Shown here in pieces: positions 1 to 8,310 of a stretch of 64,000 nt of DNA (position 1 is the first letter of the stretch; the number at the start of each line of letters is the position of its first letter). The notes under the pieces were generated by a model. That model worked only from the letters and a program-made list of their open reading frames with translations, did not search any database and was not told where the DNA came from. Source of the DNA: an uncultured Gammaproteobacteria bacterium (GTDB taxonomy: Bacteria > Patescibacteriota > Microgenomatia > Levybacterales > GWA1-39-11). The position numbers and the translations under genes were made by a program. The stretch lies in the NCBI GenBank assembly GCA_964627245.1, contig CAZVGS010000001.1:89256-153255 (forward strand), written 5' to 3'.

Positions 1-132
1 ACAGAACCAGTATCAGGAGCACGCTACATTGATATTCTAGAATGTGGCATTACAATAATAAGAAAAAACGGGGATAAATATGAACTACTGAAAATCGGTG
101 ACATTTCCCATCTCTCTATTCCACTGATTTAA
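1..132 (+). CDS. 3' end of a plus-strand ORF running in from upstream (partial, C-terminal 43 aa); hypothetical
   Basis: Frame 1 is open from base 1 to the TAA at 130-132; there is no start inside the window. Confidence 0.3.
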   Translation, partial: TEPVSGARYIDILECGITIIRKNGDKYELLKIGDISHLSIPLI

Positions 133-226
133 GCAATTGCTGCAAATGAATATTTGTAAAACTCAATCTCTTTCAGTGGTAGTTTGCTATAATAAGTTCG
201 AACATCGTTCTGTAGCTGACCCCAAT

Positions 227-967
227 TTAGTTCTGATCAGTGAATAGAAAAACTTTCCCTGGAATTTCCCTCAATATCCTAGCAGGTGTTGTAGCCAGAT
301 CTCCTTCTTCAGAAAGCAAACGCAAAACTGCTTCCTTTTTATTATTTCCCGCAACATAACATACCGCCACATCAATTTTTCTTATTAAATTCATTGTTGT
401 TGTTGCCCGCAATGGATACTGGTTTTTATCTCCAGCATCATACCCCACAACCAATTTTTCAGTGTTCCCACCATCAAACATCTCATAGAATTTTTGCGGA
501 TTTTCAGGATACGGCATCATGCCCGATACATGACCGTCTGCACCTACACCTACTGTTGCAACAATTTTCCCATCAGGATTTTCTTTTAACCAATCTAAAA
601 GTGCTTGGTTAAAGCGCTTTGCCAGATTTTCTTGACTCTCACCCTGCAAAACTCTAGTGTCTATCATGCCCGCCCCATTTTCGCGTGCTTTTCTAAAAAA
701 ATCCGTCTGGTCAATTTGCCCCATATTATTCTCTTCAGGATTTGTGCTGTACCTTTCATCGAAGGGACATATAGTAACAGCAGGAGAAATAAGGTCTTCA
801 TTTATTCCCGCTAAAATTTCCAACGACGATCCCCCCGATAGCAGAAGGAGAATTTTTTTTTGCTCCTCACCAGCCTCCTCAAGCAAGGCATTCATGCAAG
901 CTTTTGCCCCGTCTAATGGCCCCACTTTTTCTTTAATTTCGGGATTTTCTGTAGTTACTATAATCAT
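227..967 (-). CDS. 6-phosphogluconolactonase / glucosamine-6-phosphate deaminase family protein
   Basis: 246 aa; LSGGSS motif and overall length are typical of the Pgl/NagB sugar-phosphate isomerase fold; last gene of a minus-strand operon. Confidence 0.5.
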   Translation of the reverse strand: MIIVTTENPEIKEKVGPLDGAKACMNALLEEAGEEQKKILLLLSGGSSLEILAGINEDLISPAVTICPFDERYSTNPEENNMGQIDQTDFFRKARENGAGMIDTRVLQGESQENLAKRFNQALLDWLKENPDGKIVATVGVGADGHVSGMMPYPENPQKFYEMFDGGNTEKLVVGYDAGDKNQYPLRATTTMNLIRKIDVAVCYVAGNNKKEAVLRLLSEEGDLATTPARILREIPGKVFLFTDQN

Positions 968-970
968 GAC

Positions 971-2449
971 CTAAAAGCTGAACTTAATAAAAGAACAATT
1001 GTCCGTAGTAACACCCTGGGCAGGCGTAAAGGTCTTTAGCTGAAGCTGTTTTCTTTGAGCTTCTGTCAGAGTAGGAGTTGGCGTCGGAGCGTCTACATTA
1101 TTCTGCACATTCTGCTGACCAAAGCCGAATAACCCGGCAAAGAAATTAACAATTCTTCCCCATAGACTAACCGGCTTGACATCTTCCGCTGCAAGCACAA
1201 CCTTGGTTGGATAAGCGTTAAATATTGCGGCGGTTTTTCTGGAACAGTCGGGCTTTGCTTGTATTCTGTACGTTTGGGAAGTATCAAGATCTAAAGGTAA
1301 ATCCAAATTCCAAATAGCCTGATAACGCGCCAATGTCGGCGTGTCCTCAATAACGGTTGTTGGAACAGTTTCTTTCTTTACTTGGTCAACCACCGTCCCG
1401 CTGCCTTTATAAAAGACGAAGGTAAATGTCGGAATCTTTGCATAATTTGTATTCTCGCCTTCTACTTTCCCGTATGCAGTAACTTTTGTAGTTGTTCCTA
1501 GTGCTATCGAACCAAAATCAAGGCTGTCGCATTTGCACATCGACTCATCAAAAGGCAATGGTGTTGGTGTTGCTGTTGGAGTCGGGGTTGGACTCGATGT
1601 AGGTGTTGGTGTTGCTGTTGCAGTCGGAACCGGCGTTGAAGTTGGGCTTGGAGTCGAAGTAGGCGTGGGAGCATCAGTTGGTGTCGGAGTTGGTGTGGGG
1701 GTTGGCGACTTTGGGACAGTGGGTGTCGCCGATGGCTTTGTGGTTGGAGTCGACTGTGGAGGATTTGTCGGACAAACTCCGCAGTCCTGAGGACACGTGC
1801 TGCATGTTTCACCGCCGCTGCAAACATTATTTGGACATGTTTGAGAAGGTGTTGTTGGCGTAGGAATATTAGGCGGAGTTGTGGGAGTGGGTGTGTTGGG
1901 CTTGCACTGTGTAAAACAATAACCTGCTTGAGCGTTATTTGAATTATACTTTGATGAAGAACACCAATCGTCTCCGGCAGGATTCCAATTCGTAGCTCCA
2001 TTTGGACACGCTTTTGAAAAATTTCCATTTGAATCGGCGCAATAACCGGAACCTCCGGGACAAGGGGTTGGAGGAGCGGGACAAGTCAATTTTAACTGCA
2101 TGCTGATTGCATTACCGTTAGTACCGCATGTCGGACCGCTTAGCGTTGAGGTGCATCCGGGAGGAAATTGTGAAGTGGGAATGTTGACACATCCGGATGC
2201 ATAAGGCGGACAACTGCACCGGGTCAAATTTATTGTACCCCCGGGCCCGGCAGAACCTGACTCCCCTATGCAGTTTGCACCGTTGTCTCCGGGACAGCTT
2301 GCCGTAATCACCCCTCCGGGCCAATTCGTAGCCGAAACAGTAACACTCATTTTTAAGCAATTTGCCAAATTTTGAGCATTGGCGCTTTCGACTCGCAAAA
2401 AACCAAACAAGAATGCAGAAATTATAACTAGAAAAATTTTTAATTTCAT
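971..2449 (-). CDS. secreted Cys-rich surface protein with a long Pro/Thr-rich linker
   Basis: N-terminal signal peptide (MKLKIFLVIISAFLFGFLRVESANA); many Cys; PTPTPTPT low-complexity linker; start overlaps the upstream gene's stop (ATGA). Confidence 0.6.
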   Translation of the reverse strand: MKLKIFLVIISAFLFGFLRVESANAQNLANCLKMSVTVSATNWPGGVITASCPGDNGANCIGESGSAGPGGTINLTRCSCPPYASGCVNIPTSQFPPGCTSTLSGPTCGTNGNAISMQLKLTCPAPPTPCPGGSGYCADSNGNFSKACPNGATNWNPAGDDWCSSSKYNSNNAQAGYCFTQCKPNTPTPTTPPNIPTPTTPSQTCPNNVCSGGETCSTCPQDCGVCPTNPPQSTPTTKPSATPTVPKSPTPTPTPTPTDAPTPTSTPSPTSTPVPTATATPTPTSSPTPTPTATPTPLPFDESMCKCDSLDFGSIALGTTTKVTAYGKVEGENTNYAKIPTFTFVFYKGSGTVVDQVKKETVPTTVIEDTPTLARYQAIWNLDLPLDLDTSQTYRIQAKPDCSRKTAAIFNAYPTKVVLAAEDVKPVSLWGRIVNFFAGLFGFGQQNVQNNVDAPTPTPTLTEAQRKQLQLKTFTPAQGVTTDNCSFIKFSF

Positions 2450-3381
2450 AATTTTGAAATCTCTGAGGTATTATATATCACACCGGTTTCGATTTTAGAC
2501 TTCAGCCAAGAATCATAATCCACACTTTCGCCTTTTGTTACATCTATTACATTAATTACAGCCCCTCCTGAACCGTCCGGCCAAATCCCTTTTGCAACTT
2601 GTCCCTTTTGAGAACTAAAAAGAAGTGTAAAAAATGGCTTATCTTGATCATCCGCCTCGGCCTGCAAAACCCTTGGCTGGGCAGCATCTTCAGGCTTAAG
2701 GTTAGATACCAAAGCTCCATTTAGTCCCAATATTCCTTGAAAAAGAGGATACTTTTCAGCAGTGTCCTTTACTATTGAATACGGGTCATCGCCATTTCTA
2801 AAACGGGTTTGTATCTCATTTGCCATTTCGTTTTGCACCTTCCTTTGCTCCTCAAACTCAGGCAATTGCTCGTAGGGTTCGGGAGGAATCCACCAGCTGA
2901 TATCGTACTCCGTAACCGAAACAACTTTTCCTTGAGTCACTTCACTCTTAAGTTTTTGGTAAAACTCCGCGGGCTCACCCTCAATCTTAGTGTTAAGTCC
3001 CATTAGTTGAGCTTCATTTTCCAATATTGCTCTTTCAACAGCCACCGGAATCATTTCTTTAATTACAGAACTTGTTACTGCAGACCCCAGGTATGATTCG
3101 AGAGCTATCTTTTTTACGTCAGTGTATCTGACCTCTTTATCTCCAATAGTAGCTAAGAGTACGTTTGCGGGTTCAGGCGGGGGAAGGTTGGTTGTTTTAC
3201 TATTTGTAAAAAATATAAATGCAGCAACTGCGAATACCAATATTGAAACTAAAATTCCCGCAATTACAAACATTTTTTTGGACTTTTTTGTTGGCTGCTT
3301 TGGGCTTGTGGAACCGCCGTTTTCTAATGGTGTTTCAATTGCTTCTACATCAGTTTGAGGTTTTTTTACATCATTTTCCAT
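2446..3381 (-). CDS. membrane-anchored protein (single N-terminal TM), function unknown
   Basis: 311 aa; Lys-rich N-terminus followed by a TM helix (FVIAGILVSILVFAVAAFIFF); weak SurA-N-like feel only. Confidence 0.45.
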   Translation of the reverse strand: MENDVKKPQTDVEAIETPLENGGSTSPKQPTKKSKKMFVIAGILVSILVFAVAAFIFFTNSKTTNLPPPEPANVLLATIGDKEVRYTDVKKIALESYLGSAVTSSVIKEMIPVAVERAILENEAQLMGLNTKIEGEPAEFYQKLKSEVTQGKVVSVTEYDISWWIPPEPYEQLPEFEEQRKVQNEMANEIQTRFRNGDDPYSIVKDTAEKYPLFQGILGLNGALVSNLKPEDAAQPRVLQAEADDQDKPFFTLLFSSQKGQVAKGIWPDGSGGAVINVIDVTKGESVDYDSWLKSKIETGVIYNTSEISKL

Positions 3382-3387
3382 AAGAAC

Positions 3388-3948
3388 TTATAACACAAAT
3401 AACAAGAAACCGCCTACTAGAAGGATTGCAATTCCCCCAATTATAGAAACAGTTTGAAAAATGCTTCCCGGAGGCTCTATTGTGGGGGTTGCTGTCGGGG
3501 GGACAGGTGTTGCGGTTGGCGGAACCGGGGTCGGTGTATCAATGATGGCATCAGCCTCACAGAGAAGCTGGTCGGTTCCTGCAGCAGACAACCCCCCGCA
3601 AGAGCTGACAGCAACAACATCACACTTGTAAGTTCTCCCTTGAGTTATAGCAAAACTAACCTTTGCCGTGGAAGATGTTTGGGACGCATTATTTATGATA
3701 ATAGTACCTGTCTCAACTTCGGTTACCGTCACATTGAAAGACGCAGCATCAGCCTGAGTACTCCACGCGCAACTTGCGGTAGTCAAATCACAACTCTCAC
3801 CATTACAGCCCGGGTATTCAACCGTAACGCCTGTAGGGGTTGCAGGCGCTGCGCAAGCTTGAGCGTATGAAGAGTCAACTTTGGTAAGAAAAAAAATAAT
3901 TCCAAAAAGAAATATTATCAAAAACTTTTTTAGCATAAACTCTAACAC
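3388..3948 (-). CDS. secreted Cys-rich protein with PT-rich linker and C-terminal TM anchor
   Basis: Signal peptide; Cys-rich domain; TPTPVPPTATPVPPTATPT linker; C-terminal hydrophobic helix GGIAILLVGGFLLFVL. Confidence 0.6.
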   Translation of the reverse strand: MLEFMLKKFLIIFLFGIIFFLTKVDSSYAQACAAPATPTGVTVEYPGCNGESCDLTTASCAWSTQADAASFNVTVTEVETGTIIINNASQTSSTAKVSFAITQGRTYKCDVVAVSSCGGLSAAGTDQLLCEADAIIDTPTPVPPTATPVPPTATPTIEPPGSIFQTVSIIGGIAILLVGGFLLFVL

Positions 3949-3971
3949 ATAAATGTATGTGTGCTTCCTAT

Positions 3972-4001
3972 AATATACTCAGAAAATAACTTGAAGGTCA
4001 A
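3972..4001 (-). promoter_or_regulatory. candidate sigma70-like promoter (TTGACC-N18-TATATT) for the 3948->227 minus-strand operon
   Basis: Reverse complement of 3972-4001 reads cTTGACCttcaagttattttctgagTATATT, placed about 25 nt upstream of the ATG at 3948. Confidence 0.3.
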
Positions 4002-4137
4002 GAGGAAATGGAAAAAATTTGTGAGCATGATGAGTATAGAATGGAACACCTTAGAATCCTCATTCATGCGAATCTATAATACTCTGAATAAGTATAACAT
4101 AGCGGTTCCTGCGTTTGCGTCTGTAGTATAATGCCGT

Positions 4138-4809
4138 ATGGAACTCCCATACAGTGAATATGTCTGGTTCTCTCCGCGATTCGCGATGAATTACCTCACA
4201 GACTTGATGAGAAAATACACTCCTGATGTTGTACTGAGAAGCCCCAAATACAAGAAAGAAAAAGAAGCATGGATTATGGGCGTAGCACTCTTCGGGGTTA
4301 TTAAAATCACCCGTGTTAGGTGGTGGTTACAAGTGCCAACTGATGACCCACCAGACATGAAGGCTATGATGTTAACGCCAGACCATGATAAAAACCTCAA
4401 TATCATGAATTATCGTGAAGTTGAAATAATGCAAATCACCAAACATACTAACGGAACTATTGTTGAGGAGATTTTGAGAAAGTTAAAGGGTAATTCATAC
4501 CCCAAGGAATGGGCACTAGTCGTCTACTTAAACCGTGCAATGTTTATAGAAGATATGCGAAAAATATCAAACGAACTCGTTGAGGCAAAACCGAAAATCG
4601 CAGATATATGGGTAGTTGCCAGCACTACACCAAATGCGAATAAATACATACTATTTTCTCTTTTCCCAGAGGTTCAGACAGTTACATACGATATTGATGA
4701 GGAGATGAGAAATTTAGAAATTGGAGACTCTATTGACCTCATGCCATACCATAAAGGTACGACAATGACATTAATCCGCAATGTTAAACGCACAAAATTT
4801 ATTCCCTGA
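4138..4809 (+). CDS. hypothetical protein (223 aa), leftmost gene of the putative element
   Basis: Intact ORF with GC content like the element block; no recognisable motif. Confidence 0.45.
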   Translation: MELPYSEYVWFSPRFAMNYLTDLMRKYTPDVVLRSPKYKKEKEAWIMGVALFGVIKITRVRWWLQVPTDDPPDMKAMMLTPDHDKNLNIMNYREVEIMQITKHTNGTIVEEILRKLKGNSYPKEWALVVYLNRAMFIEDMRKISNELVEAKPKIADIWVVASTTPNANKYILFSLFPEVQTVTYDIDEEMRNLEIGDSIDLMPYHKGTTMTLIRNVKRTKFIP

Positions 4810-4839
4810 CCTCTGAATTAGCTACTGCAAACCTCAAAA

Positions 4840-4862
4840 AAAACTTGACTTCCTGCCCGTTA
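4840..4862 (+). promoter_or_regulatory. promoter/operator-like motif AAAACTTGACTTCCTGCCCGTTA (copy 1 of 2)
   Basis: Contains a TTGACT -35-like hexamer; 22 of 23 nt identical to 10587-10609; both copies lie upstream of plus-strand gene blocks. Confidence 0.35.
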
Positions 4863-4881
4863 TCCGATTACGGTTATCAGT

Positions 4882-5037
4882 ATGAAGTCAACACGTGCGA
4901 CAATCATACTCTCTTCAGACGTTCATGAAGCCTTAAGACGAATGGCGTTTCAAAGACGGCTAAGCATCTCAAAACTGGTCCGACTTTCCCTCATTGACTT
5001 CCTTTTGAAGCATGGGGAGAAAAGACCGGAGGAATAG
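4882..5037 (+). CDS. ribbon-helix-helix (CopG/Arc-like) DNA-binding protein, 51 aa
   Basis: MKSTRATIILSSDVHEALRRMAFQRRLSISKLVRLSLIDFLLKHGEKRPEE; N-terminal beta strand then two helices is the RHH pattern; below the ORF-track size cutoff. Confidence 0.45.
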   Translation: MKSTRATIILSSDVHEALRRMAFQRRLSISKLVRLSLIDFLLKHGEKRPEE

Positions 5038-5209
5038 TATGACAGGGGTGAGATTGTCCATCCTTGCCCCGCATACTAATGATTAGCTATGAGCGCAAAA
5101 GATTTAACAATGATTATAGAAATACTGGTACAGATGGATTACATCAGGATTAAGCTCGATGAAAATCAGCGGGTACTTGAGATACTGGCCAAGAGACTGA
5201 AACGATAAT

Positions 5210-5509
5210 ATGAATTTAGAATTTAACAAAACATGCGAATTATGCAGGGATGAGTTTACCCTTACCCACAGGCCACACAGAGGCGGAACAATAGTCTCAC
5301 GGTTGTGTCCTAATTGTGAATCAATCAAACCTGAGATTGAAAAGGTAATGTACGGCAAATCCTACTCAAGCGCAACGGATGAGGATAAAGCCAGAATCTT
5401 CGAACGCGCACGGGAAAACAGAACAGTCAGACGCGGACCGTTCTTCAATCCCAAAGACAACGGAACGGGCGGAAAAGTTCAGTCAGAATACGAAAGGAGA
5501 AAAAGGTAA
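5210..5509 (+). CDS. zinc-ribbon protein (CxxC...CxxC), 99 aa
   Basis: CELCRDEF...CPNCES; the motif C-E-x-C-x-[DE]-x-F-T-[LI]-T is shared with ORF 16194-16553. Confidence 0.5.
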   Translation: MNLEFNKTCELCRDEFTLTHRPHRGGTIVSRLCPNCESIKPEIEKVMYGKSYSSATDEDKARIFERARENRTVRRGPFFNPKDNGTGGKVQSEYERRKR

Positions 5510-5712
5510 TGCCGACAAGAAATAATACAGAAGGAAAGGTATTCGGTGATATTGAGGGACAGACAAACCACCCTGAGGGACTGGACATGACAAAACAGTT
5601 AAAAATGAGGGAAGGACAGCGCAGCGGATTGGTCAGAATGGGAGTACCGAAAAGCATCGTCAGAGCAAGTATCAATCAGGCTCAGTTTAAGCCTACAAGA
5701 AAGGGTAAATAA
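5509..5712 (+). CDS. hypothetical small protein, 67 aa
   Basis: Start overlaps the upstream stop (translational coupling). Confidence 0.4.
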   Translation: MPTRNNTEGKVFGDIEGQTNHPEGLDMTKQLKMREGQRSGLVRMGVPKSIVRASINQAQFKPTRKGK

Positions 5713-5795
5713 TGATCACTTACTGTTCGGAATGCGGGTACAGACTTTTCCGGGGTAAATACCGATACTACTGTATTAACAAAGAATGCTTATGA
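5712..5795 (+). CDS. tiny zinc-ribbon ORF, 27 aa (MITYCSECGYRLFRGKYRYYCINKECL)
   Basis: Four Cys arranged as CxxC...CxxxC; overlaps neighbours at both ends (ATGA-type coupling); below the ORF-track size cutoff. Confidence 0.25.
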   Translation: MITYCSECGYRLFRGKYRYYCINKECL

Positions 5796-5968
5796 TAGAT
5801 GAATTACTTGATGATATGGCAATTGAGATTGAACGGCTAATGGTAAGCGATGCGGTTAAAGCCCGCCTGAGATTACAGCTTGCAGAGCTTGCGGATAATA
5901 CCCAGGAGCTACGGCTGAAAGCACTATTTGACTGTATTCTGTTCGAGGCCAAAAAACTAAACACATGA
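5786..5968 (+). CDS. hypothetical small protein, 60 aa
   Basis: Coupled chain of small ORFs. Confidence 0.4.
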   Translation: MLMIDELLDDMAIEIERLMVSDAVKARLRLQLAELADNTQELRLKALFDCILFEAKKLNT

Positions 5969-6264
5969 AACTATACGAAAAAGCAATAAAACAACTGGAG
6001 CGGGATAAACCTAAGGTAACTATTGAGGATAACACAGCCAAGAGAATAGAAATCCTGAACAAACTGTTACAGGCAGAATACGGATTCATTGAGCAGAACA
6101 AAGATGAAGTAACGAAAGAGCTGAAAGGACGGTTCAAAGAAACCCTGATAAATGAAGTACTTGAAGAGATTAAGAATCACAGCAATACCGGTAAAACACC
6201 GTACTATGTAGGACTACAGATCGCCAGCGATACGGTACAAAAACGAAAGGGAAAACAGCAATAA
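5965..6264 (+). CDS. hypothetical protein, 99 aa (Lys/Glu-rich, helical)
   Basis: ATGA overlap with the upstream ORF. Confidence 0.45.
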   Translation: MKLYEKAIKQLERDKPKVTIEDNTAKRIEILNKLLQAEYGFIEQNKDEVTKELKGRFKETLINEVLEEIKNHSNTGKTPYYVGLQIASDTVQKRKGKQQ

Positions 6265-6265
6265 T

Positions 6266-6613
6266 ATGAAACAAAATAAGACCATTTCCCCCTTAGAAGG
6301 AAATAATGAGGAAGCCGAACAGGCTACAAAAGAGATACGGTCAGGCAAGTCAGCTAGTGGAAAGAAATCTTCCCCCCCCGTTCCCCGTCCCCAACAAACA
6401 CCGTTTAAGATAAACAAACTCTCGGATATCCGCAAAGCAAGTAAGGTACTCATGACTGATTTAATCAACAAGGAGGGCAGGTTCACGGTTGCAGAAAGCA
6501 GAGTATTCAAGGACATGGCAGAGCTGTACTTTAAGGCGGAGGAGAACATTACAACCAAGAGACTAATGAATAAGCTGAAGAAAGAAAACGACACGGACAG
6601 AAAGGGGCGGTAG
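6266..6613 (+). CDS. hypothetical protein, 115 aa (basic)
   Basis: Starts immediately after the stop of the previous ORF. Confidence 0.45.
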   Translation: MKQNKTISPLEGNNEEAEQATKEIRSGKSASGKKSSPPVPRPQQTPFKINKLSDIRKASKVLMTDLINKEGRFTVAESRVFKDMAELYFKAEENITTKRLMNKLKKENDTDRKGR

Positions 6614-6760
6614 CGCAGGGGTATGGGTACTGAATAAACTGTACGGTATTTCAATGATGCTACACCACCCCCCACCTATACCTACACCCCGCGCGGTGGG
6701 ACACGGGTAAAGGGAGTGACATATAGAGGAAGTACTTAACGGTGTACAGAAGGTAACCCA

Positions 6761-7006
6761 TTGAAGCGAACTCTTATAAATTTTTTGGGAGATTTTTGTC
6801 ATAATAACTGTATGAATGATACCAACTTTCTAATTTCTCTGGCTATTGGTTTTGTTATATTTTTACTTTTTTCATTTAGTGGCCCAAAAACGCATCGCGA
6901 TCCATTCTATGGTGATATTGATAACATTTCGCATAGTATTGCTGTTGGATTGATCTGTATGGGGGCAACGTACAGTATTTTGCAAATTATTAGTAGTATG
7001 TTTTGA
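6761..7006 (+). CDS. small membrane protein (2 TM), start uncertain
   Basis: Hydrophobic helices LISLAIGFVIFLLFSF and IAVGLICMGATYSIL; lies in an AT-rich segment. Confidence 0.3.
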   Translation: MKRTLINFLGDFCHNNCMNDTNFLISLAIGFVIFLLFSFSGPKTHRDPFYGDIDNISHSIAVGLICMGATYSILQIISSMF

Positions 7007-7042
7007 TGTCCCAATTTGACAAAGATTGATTAGCACGATACG

Positions 7043-7399
7043 GTGTATAAGCTTGGTAAAGGATACTATGGCAGTATTCTAATCTACAAAGGAGCATCTC
7101 TCAGGAGGTGCTTTTTTGTGTCTATTTGGTATAATGAATTAATGGATTATAAAACTGCCAGTGAGCTACTTAGAGAACTTTCTCTACTTTGGATATGGGA
7201 AGCCGGAAACTATAATAATAAAATTCCATCCAACTTGCTTACCCGGGATCTTTGTTATTATGACCAGGCGTGCGACTATTTACGACGATTTCCTAAAACA
7301 GGTGATCTTGAACGTGTGGCCCTCGCTCAAATGCAGATGAATTACATTGACGATATTGAGGGGAATAATGAAATGGAAAAATTATTTTCCATCCTCTAA
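7043..7399 (+). CDS. hypothetical protein (118 aa as called; possibly starts at the internal Met, MDYKTASELL)
   Basis: ORF in an AT-rich segment. Confidence 0.3.
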   Translation: MYKLGKGYYGSILIYKGASLRRCFFVSIWYNELMDYKTASELLRELSLLWIWEAGNYNNKIPSNLLTRDLCYYDQACDYLRRFPKTGDLERVALAQMQMNYIDDIEGNNEMEKLFSIL

Positions 7400-7528
7400 C
7401 CTTTTAATTACATCAGCTCTTCTCTTCCGTACTTCATCAAGGAGTTTCTTACGTCTTTCACGGACTTCATTGTACATGGGTTTTACTACTACTCGTGGCT
7501 TTCTAAACTTCCCGTATTCAGTCATACG

Positions 7529-7822
7529 TTAGTACTCTCCTACGCGTTCAGCCCATTGAGGAGGTGTTCTTTCGTCCTCTTCGCTATGTAATTGAGTTTC
7601 AAATGATATTTTCGAGGCGTGTTCTATAGTGGAATCTTTACCTACTTCGCCACCTATTCCGAGTACGGTAATTCCTACTTTTCCGCCTCCCTTGTCACTC
7701 TTGGTAACTGCAATATCAAATTTAACGGAGCTTGAAACATAATTACCGCCAGTGTGAGCGTCCTTTATCTGCCTGAGGCTTTCTTGTATGAAGTCTTTTA
7801 GTTCGTTATTTTCGTCTGCCAT
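7529..7822 (-). CDS. small Gly-rich beta-type domain protein, 97 aa; reminiscent of Trypco2-like conflict-system domains (tentative)
   Basis: KFDIAVTKSDKGGGKVGITVLGIGGEVGKDSTIEH pattern; last gene of the minus-strand cargo operon. Confidence 0.4.
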   Translation of the reverse strand: MADENNELKDFIQESLRQIKDAHTGGNYVSSSVKFDIAVTKSDKGGGKVGITVLGIGGEVGKDSTIEHASKISFETQLHSEEDERTPPQWAERVGEY

Positions 7823-7823
7823 A

Positions 7824-8291
7824 TTATACGGTTACCTTCTTTTTCTTGAACCTTCTGTATCCTAAATATCCCAATCCCCCAAGTAGTGCCATTGCCACAA
7901 CCCCACCACCTCCACTATCTTCACTCGCTCCCTGAACGGCTATGGTTGGTGTAGGCTCTTTGGGCGAGGGTGTATTCGTGGGTTCATCCGTAGGTTCAGC
8001 GGTAGGAGTAGGAGTATTGGTAACAGCACGGGTTGGTATTCTCGAGGGTGCGGTTGTGTTTATCGGTGCAAATTGTTTTACGGGTGCGGTTGTTGCAACG
8101 GGTGCACTTTCAACCCTTTTTACGCTTCCGTCTGGGTTATGGTGGTGATATTCTCCAGAGCCTAAACCCCATTCTTCGCAATTAGTACGGCATCTATGAC
8201 CACCGCTCCCGTCGGTCCCTCCAGGATGGGCTTCTATAGGGGAAACAGATATATAGAAGAGCAGGGATAAGATAAGTAAAGTTTGATACAT
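7824..8291 (-). CDS. small secreted Cys/His-rich protein with PT-rich linker and C-terminal TM anchor
   Basis: Signal peptide MYQTLLILSLLFYISVSPIEA; GGHRCRTNCEEWGLGSGEYHHHNPDG; PT linker; C-terminal VVAMALLGGLGYLGYRRFKKKK. Confidence 0.55.
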   Translation of the reverse strand: MYQTLLILSLLFYISVSPIEAHPGGTDGSGGHRCRTNCEEWGLGSGEYHHHNPDGSVKRVESAPVATTAPVKQFAPINTTAPSRIPTRAVTNTPTPTAEPTDEPTNTPSPKEPTPTIAVQGASEDSGGGGVVAMALLGGLGYLGYRRFKKKKVTV

Positions 8292-8310
8292 TAACCAGTA
8301 TTATACTCCT

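Noticed and set aside
1533-1790. Short tandem DNA repeats (ggtgttggtgttgctgttgg... and similar at 7942-8148) that could resemble a repeat array
   Set aside because: They are the coding repeats of Pro/Thr-rich linkers inside intact ORFs, with no spacer/repeat regularity. They are not a CRISPR array. The antisense ORFs called across them (1504-2028, 1533-1790, 7942-8148) are artefacts.
3949-4137. Search for a copy of the tRNA-Lys 3' end (attL direct repeat) at the presumed left end of the element
   Set aside because: None was found here or near 4810-4880. This is consistent with serine-recombinase att sites, which share only a short core, but it leaves the left boundary unresolved.
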